24,000 bases of DNA from Rhodobiaceae bacterium (GTDB taxonomy: Bacteria; Pseudomonadota; Alphaproteobacteria; Rhizobiales; Tepidamorphaceae): the NCBI GenBank assembly GCA_020637895.1, contig JACKJP010000008.1, positions 20,582 through 44,581 on the forward strand, written 5' to 3'. Below, in pieces: positions 1-6,665 of the stretch; positions within the stretch are counted from its first letter, which is position 1, and each line of letters begins with the position of its first letter. A model generated the notes under the pieces. The model was not told where the DNA came from, ran no database searches, and saw nothing but the letters and a program-made list of their open reading frames with translations. The position numbers and the translations under genes are program-made.

Positions 1-333
1 TTCTTCGATTTCTAATCGTGAGGACGCGTCGGTTCGCCGTTCGATGGCACGATAGAGATCAAGTACCCGCTTGCCGCTGTCGGTCAGCGTAGCACCACCC
101 CCTCGTGCGCCACCGCGGCTGCTGCTGACCAACGGTTCGCGGAAGTTTGAGTTGAGCGTCTCGACCAGACTCCATGCGCGCTTGTAGCTCATGCCCATCC
201 GCCTGCCGGCAGCAGCAATCGAGCCGGTCACGGCAATGCCTTCCAGCAGGTCCGCCTTGCCAGGACCGAAAGCGAGGTCAGGCTGCAGGACAAGCCGCAG
301 GCGGATTGAGCTTCTGATGGTATCGCCCTTCAT
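1..333 (-). CDS. ModE-like / LysR-type N-terminal winged-HTH regulator (3' end runs off the window edge)
   Basis: The minus-strand frame is open from the ATG (complement of cat at 331-333) to position 1, with no stop codons when hand-translated. Translation: MKGDTIRSSIRLRLVLQPDLAFGPGKADLLEGIAVTGSIAAAGRRMGMSYKRAWSLVETLNSNFREPLVSSSRGGARGGGATLTDSGKRVLDLYRAIE... The GSI.AAGR.MGMSYKRAW.LV..LN pattern is typical of ModE-N-type HTH proteins. It is absent from the ORF track because it is truncated by the window edge. Confidence 0.6.
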   Translation of the reverse strand, partial: MKGDTIRSSIRLRLVLQPDLAFGPGKADLLEGIAVTGSIAAAGRRMGMSYKRAWSLVETLNSNFREPLVSSSRGGARGGGATLTDSGKRVLDLYRAIERRTDASSRLEIEE

Positions 334-442
334 GCCGCTGTTTTACAGCCGCAACCAAGATCTGTCACCGAAGGCAGGAATTGCACGATCGTCAGGACGC
401 GCAATCAGTGCGCTGTCGGCGGCCGATCTGCGCCCGGACAAC

Positions 443-474
443 AAAAAAGGAAATGCCGGCGAACCGGCATTTCC
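443..474 (-). terminator. Rho-independent terminator of the PRC-barrel gene
   Basis: An 11-bp perfect stem, ggaaatgccgg (449-459) / ccggcatttcc (464-474), has a 4-nt loop. On the minus strand it is followed by T6 (A6 at 443-448 on plus). It lies 27 nt after the stop at 501. Confidence 0.75.
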
Positions 475-500
475 CTATCTTCGGTCTGACGGTGGGCGCC

Positions 501-1811
501 TTAGCGCAGCGTCACGGAGTCCTTGTCGGTCTTGTAGGCTTCTTCCGAATAGGCCTTCTGCTGCTCAAGCCGGGCTTCGGTGTAGGGCGTGTGGACCGTC
601 AGGTCGCCGTCCTTGTCCTTGCTGACCTGCAGCGCCTTGGCGTCCAGCGCCACCGGCTTTTCGCCAATGCCCAGGAAGCCGCCGACATCCACGATGAACG
701 CTTCAACCTGCTTCTTGCCATCGAGGATCACGTCAGACACTTCGCCGATCACCTTGTCCTCGGAACCGTAGACCTGCGTGCCGATCAGTTCCTTGGAGCT
801 GAGCTTGGTGACATCAACCGTCTGATTTGCGCCTGCGTCGGACTTGTCCATGGCGCTTGCGGTCTTGTCCTCAGTTTTCGCGGATTCGTCATTCTGCATC
901 CGCTCATTGGCCGCGGCCGTCTTGTCCATATTGTTGGCCGACGTCGTAGTTGACGTCGAATAGGTCGACGACGAAGAGTCGGCAGACGTCTGGACCTTGG
1001 TCTGATCCTTGGTCATGGAACCGCCGCTCTTGTCGGAAGCGTCAGCCGTGCGGTCCTCTTCCTTGGTGAACTCAGGCGCGTTTTCCAGCTCTTCCTTGGT
1101 GGCATCGAGCATCAGCCAGCGCTCACCGTCCTGTTCGACGAAAGAGATACGCGTGATATCGACGGCAACTTCCTTTTCTCCGATGCCGAGGAAACCGCCG
1201 ACGCCGATGATGACCGCCTTGACGCTACCGTCGCTGGCAAGCAACAGGTCGTTGATGTCGCCAAGCGCTTCTGGCTCGGCATTGGCCGTGGTCGTCGTTT
1301 CGGTCTTCTGGTCGGCCTTCATTTCCGGCTTGGCTTCAGCCTTCATTTCCGGCTTCGCCTCGGCGTTACTGTCCGATTTCATGTCAGCCTTCGTTTCAGG
1401 CTTCATGCCGGAATCGGTCTCGGTGGTCGCCTTGGCATCCATGTTCGACTTGGCGTCGGCAGAAGCCTGGCCATTCATGGCAGACTTATCTTCGGAGCCC
1501 GTCTGAGCGTTCATGCCGGTCTTGGCGTCGGACTTCATCTCCGTCCTGGCAGCCGGATCGGCGTTGGTGGTCGTCTTTGCGCTGGCCACCGCATAGACCG
1601 TCGAGCCAATCAGATCCGTCGCCAGCATCTGGTCGGGGGAGGTTGCGAAATAGCCGTTCTGGCTCTGCATTTCAGTGGCCGGACGTTCGGTCGAGAAGAC
1701 CGAATTGCTGCCACCCATGTTGTTCTGGGCGTCATTGTTCATGGACTGCGCAAGCGCACCCGTCGAAATGACGGCGACGATTGCGGTTGTTGTCAAAAGC
1801 TTCCGGATCAT
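501..1811 (-). CDS. Secreted PRC-barrel domain protein (two PRC barrels, low-complexity Lys/Glu/Thr/Ser-rich spacers)
   Basis: 436-aa ORF with an N-terminal signal-like sequence, MIRKLLTTTAIVAVISTGALAQS. It has two copies of the PRC-barrel signature, ..GVGGFLGIGEKEVAV.. and ..DVGGFLGIGEKPVAL.., each preceded by an L.LIGs.VY motif. The RBS is aaggaagggag. An EcfG-type promoter lies upstream. Confidence 0.85.
   Translation of the reverse strand: MIRKLLTTTAIVAVISTGALAQSMNNDAQNNMGGSNSVFSTERPATEMQSQNGYFATSPDQMLATDLIGSTVYAVASAKTTTNADPAARTEMKSDAKTGMNAQTGSEDKSAMNGQASADAKSNMDAKATTETDSGMKPETKADMKSDSNAEAKPEMKAEAKPEMKADQKTETTTTANAEPEALGDINDLLLASDGSVKAVIIGVGGFLGIGEKEVAVDITRISFVEQDGERWLMLDATKEELENAPEFTKEEDRTADASDKSGGSMTKDQTKVQTSADSSSSTYSTSTTTSANNMDKTAAANERMQNDESAKTEDKTASAMDKSDAGANQTVDVTKLSSKELIGTQVYGSEDKVIGEVSDVILDGKKQVEAFIVDVGGFLGIGEKPVALDAKALQVSKDKDGDLTVHTPYTEARLEQQKAYSEEAYKTDKDSVTLR
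1316..1363. repeat. Imperfect 24-bp tandem duplication inside the PRC-barrel gene
   Basis: ccttcatttccggcttggcttcag (1316-1339) and ccttcatttccggcttcgcctcgg (1340-1363) match at 21 of 24 positions. They encode AEAKPEMK / AEAKPEMK, and more degenerate copies flank them. Confidence 0.6.
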
Positions 1812-1907
1812 GGTTGAGCTCCCTTCCTTTGGTGTTTTAAGTCAGTGGACAGACAAATTTTCACTATCAGCAAAGTCAAAATCGATTGACGTTGCAGTTA
1901 AAGCGAA

Positions 1908-1932
1908 AACGATTTTTTTGAATTGTGGTTCC
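1908..1932 (-). promoter_or_regulatory. EcfG-type (general stress sigma) promoter for the PRC-barrel gene
   Basis: The minus strand reads GGAAC (1932->1928), then 16 nt, then CGTT (1911->1908). It lies in an AT-rich intergenic stretch about 97 nt upstream of the ATG at 1811. Confidence 0.7.
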
Positions 1933-2002
1933 GATACTTATCCGACTTGCGGTAAATTAGTGATCGGGATTGTTACAATCATCAAACTTGCTGATTGAAT
2001 TG

Positions 2003-2161
2003 TCAGATCCTGCCCATCAAGAGCAAAATCAGCAGAACGACGACGATCAGGCCGACAATGCCGGAGGGTCCGTAGCCCCAGCTGCGCGAGTAGGGCCAGC
2101 TTGGAAGACCGGCGATGAGAATGACGATCAGAACGATTACAAGAAGTGTCATCAGGCTCAT
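2003..2161 (-). CDS. DUF3309-like small membrane protein (52 aa)
   Basis: Hand translation: MSLMTLLVIVLIVILIAGLPSWPYSRSWGYGPSGIVGLIVVVLLILLLMGRI*. It has two hydrophobic helices flanking a W-P-Y-S-R-.-W-G-Y-GP-SG core, which I recognise as DUF3309-like. RBS is gtaGGAGc, 7 nt upstream. The ORF is below the size cutoff of the ORF track. Confidence 0.75.
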   Translation of the reverse strand: MSLMTLLVIVLIVILIAGLPSWPYSRSWGYGPSGIVGLIVVVLLILLLMGRI

Positions 2162-2165
2162 CGTT

Positions 2166-2336
2166 TTAAGCTCCTACAACGGCGGTTACCGCGATCAGCA
2201 GAACGGCCAGCGACGCGGAAAGAAAGATCGCGCCATAGCGGGCCAGGGCATCGTCGTGACTGGGTCCGGCAGCTTCCGAACAGGCAAAACCTATGCGCGA
2301 AGCATTTTCCATTCTTTTCATCTGGTGAAAGTCCAT
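2166..2336 (-). CDS. Small C-terminally membrane-anchored hypothetical protein (56 aa)
   Basis: This is the internal Met of the 2166..2366 ORF: MDFHQMKRMENASRIGFACSEAAGPSHDDALARYGAIFLSASLAVLLIAVTAVVGA*. The RBS is tGAGGAGatgcgagATG. The longer ORF start at 2366 would sit inside the putative promoter. The stop is 4 nt before the DUF3309 start. Confidence 0.55.
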   Translation of the reverse strand: MDFHQMKRMENASRIGFACSEAAGPSHDDALARYGAIFLSASLAVLLIAVTAVVGA

Positions 2337-2364
2337 CTCGCATCTCCTCAACAAGCGCAGAAGC

Positions 2365-2389
2365 AATGCACCGGCCGCGAATTGGTTCC
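2365..2389 (-). promoter_or_regulatory. EcfG-type promoter variant (GGAAC-N16-CATT) for the two-gene small-membrane-protein operon
   Basis: The minus strand reads GGAAC (2389->2385), then 16 nt, then CATT (2368->2365). It lies in the 55-nt gap between the kinase stop (2392) and the ATG at 2336. The predicted TSS would leave a ~22-nt leader that contains the RBS. Confidence 0.5.
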
Positions 2390-2391
2390 GG

Positions 2392-3966
2392 TCACGCGCC
2401 GTACGCTCGCCCGGTCGGCGCGTTCGAGAGCGGTACGGACATGATCACGCGCATGCCCTGCGGATTGAAATCGACGTCGATGCTGCTGCCGATGATCTTG
2501 TCGAGACTATGCCTGATGATCATCGATCCGAATCCCTGCCGCTCTGGCGCGGATACTTCCGGTCCTCCGGTCTCGACCCATGTGAGTTTCAATGCCGGCG
2601 GTTCTTCGTCAGCGGCGAGATCGTAGTCGATGTCGACGCGGCCGCTGTCGCGGGTCAGTGCGCCATGCTGGGCGGCATTCGTCGCCAGTTCATGGATGAC
2701 CAGGCTGAGCGCGAGGGCCTGATCCGGGCCGAGCGCGATCCGCGGCCCCGACACCGATACGTTGTCATCATACGAGACGGCATAGGGCAGCAACTGCGAT
2801 CTGAGCAGCATGCCGATGTCTATGTCTTCCCACTCTTCATCGGACAGGAGCGTGTGCGCGGCGGCCAATGCCTGAAGGCGGCCGGAAAACGCTCGTGAAA
2901 ATTCGCCCGGACTTCTGCTCCTGCGCAATGTCTGCTGCGCGACGGACTGAAGGATGGCCAGCGTGTTCTTGACGCGATGGTTGAGTTCGCGCAGCAACAG
3001 CCGCGTCTTCCTCTCCGCGGTCTTTCGCTCGGTAATATCGAGATAGACGCCGAACATGGTGCGCGCGGTGCCGTCCTCGGCGCGGTCGTGAATCCTGCCC
3101 ATCCCCAGGACCCAGCGCTTGCCGGCGGCTGTTCGGAATTCGCCGGAATATTCTTCGTCCCTGTGGACTGCGGCGTAGATCGCGGCACGTACGGCCTCAC
3201 GATCATCCGGCGATACGGCCGCCATAAGGGAGCTACCGGTGATCTCCGAGCCATCGGCAAGCGCAAACATTCTGCGTAGAGTTTCGTCGCAGAGGATCTT
3301 ATCGCTGCCGATATCCCAGCTCCAGGTCGCGATATTTGCTGCACGCAGCGCGAGCGCGTGCCGATGCTGTGCCTGGAGCAGGGCGAAATCCGTCTTCACC
3401 TTGGCGCGCTGATCGTGCTTGAGGCGCAGCAGCGATGCTGCCAATTGCGCAAGGCGCGCCAGCTCGCTTCTCTCATCGGTGCCGAGCGATGCTCGTGCGC
3501 TGGTATCGTACACTCCCAGAAATCCGATACGGCATCCCAGGATCGAAATTGGCGCCGCCGCGAAAAATCGTATCGAGGATCCCTGTAACTTGAGTGGGGA
3601 CTGTTTCAGCGCGCGCCGACCAGCGGCGTCGTCTGCCAGCACCAATACATCGGGTGGCGCCGGTGTGAACAAGTCGCCGCAAAGGCAATGGTCCAGAGGC
3701 GTAAGGCCAGGCTTCATCCCGTAGCCGACATGAATGCGTTCGCCCTCCGGGCCAAGGCTTGCGAATGCCGCACCCGGAGCCTTCAACACGACTGACGCAA
3801 TCTCGACGATTGCGCGCAGATCGGCATCGTCCGTCACGCCGGACGTATGCTGCTTCAGGACAGACAGACGTCTTTCCTGGCCAAGAGCCTCCTGCATGGT
3901 GGGTGCTACGCTGGTCAAAACAAATTTTCCTCGATCGGCGCGCCCGCCACGTGCCGCTGCGCACAT
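2392..3966 (-). CDS. Cytoplasmic GAF-PAS-HWE/HisKA_2 sensor histidine kinase (orphan)
   Basis: 524-aa ORF. The N-terminal part is GAF-like (ERRLSVLKQ..DLRAIVEIASVVLKAPGAAFASL). The central part is PAS-like (ANIATWSWDIGSDKILCDETLRRMF...YLDITERK). The phosphoacceptor box is ELNHRVKNTLAILQSVAQQT. The ATPase part has IHELATNAAQHGAL and LTWVETGGP, typical of HWE kinases. No TM segment. An alternative start at 3897 (MQEALGQERRL...) is possible. Confidence 0.85.
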   Translation of the reverse strand: MCAAARGGRADRGKFVLTSVAPTMQEALGQERRLSVLKQHTSGVTDDADLRAIVEIASVVLKAPGAAFASLGPEGERIHVGYGMKPGLTPLDHCLCGDLFTPAPPDVLVLADDAAGRRALKQSPLKLQGSSIRFFAAAPISILGCRIGFLGVYDTSARASLGTDERSELARLAQLAASLLRLKHDQRAKVKTDFALLQAQHRHALALRAANIATWSWDIGSDKILCDETLRRMFALADGSEITGSSLMAAVSPDDREAVRAAIYAAVHRDEEYSGEFRTAAGKRWVLGMGRIHDRAEDGTARTMFGVYLDITERKTAERKTRLLLRELNHRVKNTLAILQSVAQQTLRRSRSPGEFSRAFSGRLQALAAAHTLLSDEEWEDIDIGMLLRSQLLPYAVSYDDNVSVSGPRIALGPDQALALSLVIHELATNAAQHGALTRDSGRVDIDYDLAADEEPPALKLTWVETGGPEVSAPERQGFGSMIIRHSLDKIIGSSIDVDFNPQGMRVIMSVPLSNAPTGRAYGA

Positions 3967-4009
3967 TGCAGCGACTTGAAGCGCACTCGGGCCGGTGTTT
4001 TCCCAGCCT

Positions 4010-4035
4010 AACTCGGCACGGTGATAGCCGGTTCC
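4010..4035 (-). promoter_or_regulatory. Weak candidate EcfG-like promoter for the HWE kinase (GGAAC-N17-AGTT)
   Basis: The minus strand reads GGAAC (4035->4031), then 17 nt, then AGTT (4013->4010). It sits back-to-back with the DUF883 promoter, 24 bp away. The -10 element is not canonical. Confidence 0.3.
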
Positions 4036-4059
4036 GCTCCATGGGTCCGTAGAGCCAAA

Positions 4060-4085
4060 GGAACGGAAAGGCGGGGTCCGGCGTT
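4060..4085 (+). promoter_or_regulatory. EcfG-type promoter for the DUF883 / YqjE-like genes
   Basis: GGAAC (4060-4064), then 17 nt, then CGTT (4082-4085). It is 43 nt before the ATG at 4128, and the RBS caAGGAGa lies in the leader. Confidence 0.7.
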
Positions 4086-4127
4086 TAAGGCGCGAGACGT
4101 TCCGAAAGTTTCAAGGAGACCAGATCC

Positions 4128-4457
4128 ATGGCGACGACCACAGCTTCCAAAGCCGGCAAGGCCGACATCACCGGCGCTGATGTTGAGGCCCAGATTGCGC
4201 AGGTGCGTGACGATATTTCCACTCTTGCCAAATCGATTGCCGCGCTCGGAGTATCCAAGAAAGACGATCTTAGAATGGATGCGCGGCGCAAGCTGGACAG
4301 TCTGGGCGCGGCGTCGGACGAGGCGCTGAAATCGCTCAACCAGCAGATCGGTGCCATTGAAAAAGAGCTATCCAACCATGTACGCGACCGGCCGTTGACG
4401 ACGCTCGGTATCGCCGCTGGCGTCGGCTTCCTTCTGGCCATGGTCGTCCGGCGTTAA
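4128..4457 (+). CDS. DUF883 family (ElaB/YqjD/YgaM-like) C-tail-anchored stress protein
   Basis: 109 aa. It has a coiled N-terminal part and the characteristic C-terminus RDRPLTTLGIAAGVGFLLAMVVRR (compare the ..P..A.GIAAGVGFLLG.L..RR tail of ElaB/YqjD). Confidence 0.85.
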   Translation: MATTTASKAGKADITGADVEAQIAQVRDDISTLAKSIAALGVSKKDDLRMDARRKLDSLGAASDEALKSLNQQIGAIEKELSNHVRDRPLTTLGIAAGVGFLLAMVVRR

Positions 4458-4462
4458 AGCTC

Positions 4463-4879
4463 ATGTTCGGTATTCTGGTCCGTCTGGCGGGCCTTGCCGC
4501 AACCGACGTGTCCGGGGCCTTGCGCCGGGCCAAGTGGATGCTTGCCGCCTATGCGGCAATCGCGCTGCTCGTCGGCGTGGCCATCGCATTCGGGCTGGTA
4601 TCGCTGTTCGTGCAGCTTTCATCAATCTACGACCCGATAAGCGCCGGGCTCATTATTGCCGGAGCAAGTCTGGGCCTCGCACTGCTGATCGTGATTGCGA
4701 TCCAGACCGCTGCCTATTTTCGCCGCCGCCGGCTACGGCGTCTGAGTGCGCAACGCGCGCTTCAGACCGCAGCTCTGTTCACTCAGATCGCGATGGTGGC
4801 GCGTCGCAAGCCGCTTCTGACGGCGCTCGTCGTCGGTGGACTTGCATTTGTCGCGACGCGCGGGGGCGGCAAAGACTGA
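4463..4879 (+). CDS. YqjE-like / phage-holin-family (DUF1469-type) membrane protein
   Basis: 138 aa with 3-4 hydrophobic helices and a central RRRRLRRL loop. It starts 5 nt after the DUF883 gene, the same gene order as E. coli yqjD-yqjE. The family call rests on architecture and context, not on a search. Confidence 0.6.
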   Translation: MFGILVRLAGLAATDVSGALRRAKWMLAAYAAIALLVGVAIAFGLVSLFVQLSSIYDPISAGLIIAGASLGLALLIVIAIQTAAYFRRRRLRRLSAQRALQTAALFTQIAMVARRKPLLTALVVGGLAFVATRGGGKD

Positions 4880-4890
4880 GCACGCTACCC

Positions 4891-4916
4891 GGAACCGCCG
4901 CAGGGCCAATTGCGTT
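4891..4916 (+). promoter_or_regulatory. EcfG-type promoter for the small TM ORF and dps
   Basis: GGAAC (4891-4895), then 17 nt, then CGTT (4913-4916). It is 38 nt before the ATG at 4954. Confidence 0.65.
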
Positions 4917-4953
4917 TCTGGAACTAAAGCGGAAATGACGAGAGGAGCCAGCT

Positions 4954-5148
4954 ATGCCAACTCAGAGATTGAGCGGTGAGGAAGCAAGGCAGGCCCGAGA
5001 AGGGCGTCCGGTCTTCGCAGTTTTGACGGTCGGCACGATCGCGGCGGCCGTAGCCCTGCTCGCGTACGCGCTTTTCACCGGAGAGGAAGACGTTCCAGCG
5101 CCGGGCGCGAGCCAGCCGCAGGAACAGGTGCCTGCTCCGAACCGATAA
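4954..5148 (+). CDS. Small single-pass membrane protein (64 aa), hypothetical
   Basis: Strong RBS (gaGAGGAGccagctATG). There is one clear TM helix (PVFAVLTVGTIAAAVALLAYALF) and a Pro/Gln-rich tail. An EcfG-type promoter lies immediately upstream. Confidence 0.55.
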   Translation: MPTQRLSGEEARQAREGRPVFAVLTVGTIAAAVALLAYALFTGEEDVPAPGASQPQEQVPAPNR

Positions 5149-5182
5149 TCGTTCAAACATCCAACCGAAGGAACTGACTCAA

Positions 5183-5695
5183 ATGAACAAGGTTGCCAGC
5201 GTTCTCAAGCCTGTCGCGCACCCGTCCAAGAGCAATATCGGGCTCAAGCAGGCCTATCTGAAGGACATGTCGGAAACCCTGTCCGACATTCTCGCCAAGA
5301 CTTATCAGCTGACGATCAAGAGCCATCTCTACCACTGGAATGTGGTGGGGCCCCTGTTTCGTTCGCTGCATGAGTTGACCGAGGAGCACTATAACGCGCT
5401 CTTTGGTGCCACCGACGTGATTGCTGAACGCATTCGCGCGCTCGGCTATCTGGCTCCGGTCAATATTGTCGATGCATCTGTTTTCGCGCCCAAGAAGGGC
5501 GATGTCGATCACCTGAGCGCGGACGATATGGTCCGCGACCTGATCGATACCCATGAAGAGGCTGTCCGCGCGATGCGCGATGCCGCGGGGAAGGCCGGCG
5601 ATGCAGGAGACGTTGTCACCGAAGACATGCTGACCGCCCGACTGACCTTCCACGAAAAGGCGCTGTGGATGCTCAGGGCCATCATCGCCGAATAG
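5183..5695 (+). CDS. dps: Dps (DNA starvation/stationary-phase protection, ferritin-like)
   Basis: 170 aa. The region LSDILAKTYQLTIKSHLYHWNVVGPLFRSLHELTEEHYNALFGATDVIAERIRALG matches the Dps ferroxidase-centre region (H..W.V.G..F..LH....E). Confidence 0.9.
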   Translation: MNKVASVLKPVAHPSKSNIGLKQAYLKDMSETLSDILAKTYQLTIKSHLYHWNVVGPLFRSLHELTEEHYNALFGATDVIAERIRALGYLAPVNIVDASVFAPKKGDVDHLSADDMVRDLIDTHEEAVRAMRDAAGKAGDAGDVVTEDMLTARLTFHEKALWMLRAIIAE

Positions 5696-5716
5696 TTCCC
5701 GATAGAGACAGAAGCG

Positions 5717-5748
5717 AAACGGGCGGGCTGCCTCAGTCCGCCCGTTTT
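5717..5748 (+). terminator. Rho-independent terminator after dps
   Basis: The stem is aaacgggcgg (5717-5726) / ccgcccgttt (5738-5747), followed by a T-run. The stop codon of the convergent lipid-kinase gene (tca at 5733-5735) lies in the loop. Confidence 0.7.
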
Positions 5749-6638
5749 GGCATCAGTACCTTAAGCGCGCCTGCATGCAGTTTGAAGTCGATCGCACGCT
5801 CCAGCGGGATCAGTTCACCATCGATGACGGCTCTGGCCGAGCTTGCAAGATCGGGGAAGGTTATCCTGGCGTCCGGCGCGAGTTGCCGTTTCACAAACGG
5901 ATTTTCATCCCAGCTTCCCAATGTCATGTCCGCGGCGATCTGCAGGCTCTGCCGTCGATCGAGCGGACCAGCAGTGTAGATTCCCAGCTGGCCGGAATCG
6001 AGGCTGTCGGCATAGGGAAGATGCCCTGGACCATACGGGTTGTTCGACACGGATAATGCGCTAAGCGGTCCCGACCAGCGTCCGCTCGGCGTTTCAATCT
6101 CGACCTGAAAGACCGGTGGGCGGCCGATACTGGCGAGAAACGCCCTGATGCTGGCGAGCACCTTGCCGAGACGCGAATGATAGGAAAAGGCGCGCCGGAG
6201 CCTGACGGTTCTGGGATGCAGGCCGACCGAGAGCTGGTGAATGAAAGGGCGTCCGTTCGCCGTTGCGATGTCGGCGTTGGCGAGATATCCGGCGGCGAGC
6301 GCCTCGGCTGCAAGCTCGACATCAAGGGGAAGCCCGAGCGAGCGGGCAAACAGGTTCATGGTGCCGCCGGGGAGAATGCCGATGGCCTTGTCATGGGCCC
6401 AGGCAATACCGGCAGCGGCCGAAGCGGTACCGTCGCCGCCACAGGCGATAATGGCATCGAGCGAAGGATCGGAGGCCAGGCCTTCGAGCGTCTCGATCAG
6501 ATTCGAGCCGTCCGTCGTCAGATAGTCGAGTTCGTGGCCCTGCTCACCGAACAGCCGCTCCAGCACCGTGCCGAGGCGATGGGGATCGTCGGTTCTCAAG
6601 GTCCCGCTGTTCGGGTTGAGGACTGCCGTTATCCGCAT
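5733..6638 (-). CDS. Diacylglycerol-kinase-family lipid kinase (YegS/BmrU-like)
   Basis: 301 aa. It has the DAGK catalytic-domain motifs LDAIIACGGDGTASAAAG and GILPGGTMNLFARSLG. RBS is acGGAGcgtatcgATG. It starts 27 nt after the Crp/Fnr gene stop. Confidence 0.85.
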   Translation of the reverse strand: MRITAVLNPNSGTLRTDDPHRLGTVLERLFGEQGHELDYLTTDGSNLIETLEGLASDPSLDAIIACGGDGTASAAAGIAWAHDKAIGILPGGTMNLFARSLGLPLDVELAAEALAAGYLANADIATANGRPFIHQLSVGLHPRTVRLRRAFSYHSRLGKVLASIRAFLASIGRPPVFQVEIETPSGRWSGPLSALSVSNNPYGPGHLPYADSLDSGQLGIYTAGPLDRRQSLQIAADMTLGSWDENPFVKRQLAPDARITFPDLASSARAVIDGELIPLERAIDFKLHAGALKVLMPKRAD

Positions 6639-6665
6639 CGATACGCTCCGTTCAGTCGACCGCCA

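Noticed and set aside
1968-1980. GATTGT-t-ACAATC palindrome between the DUF3309 stop codon and the PRC-barrel promoter.
   Set aside because: The arms are only 6 bp with a 1-nt spacer, so it cannot form an RNA hairpin. It lies in an AT-rich stretch where such matches are common.
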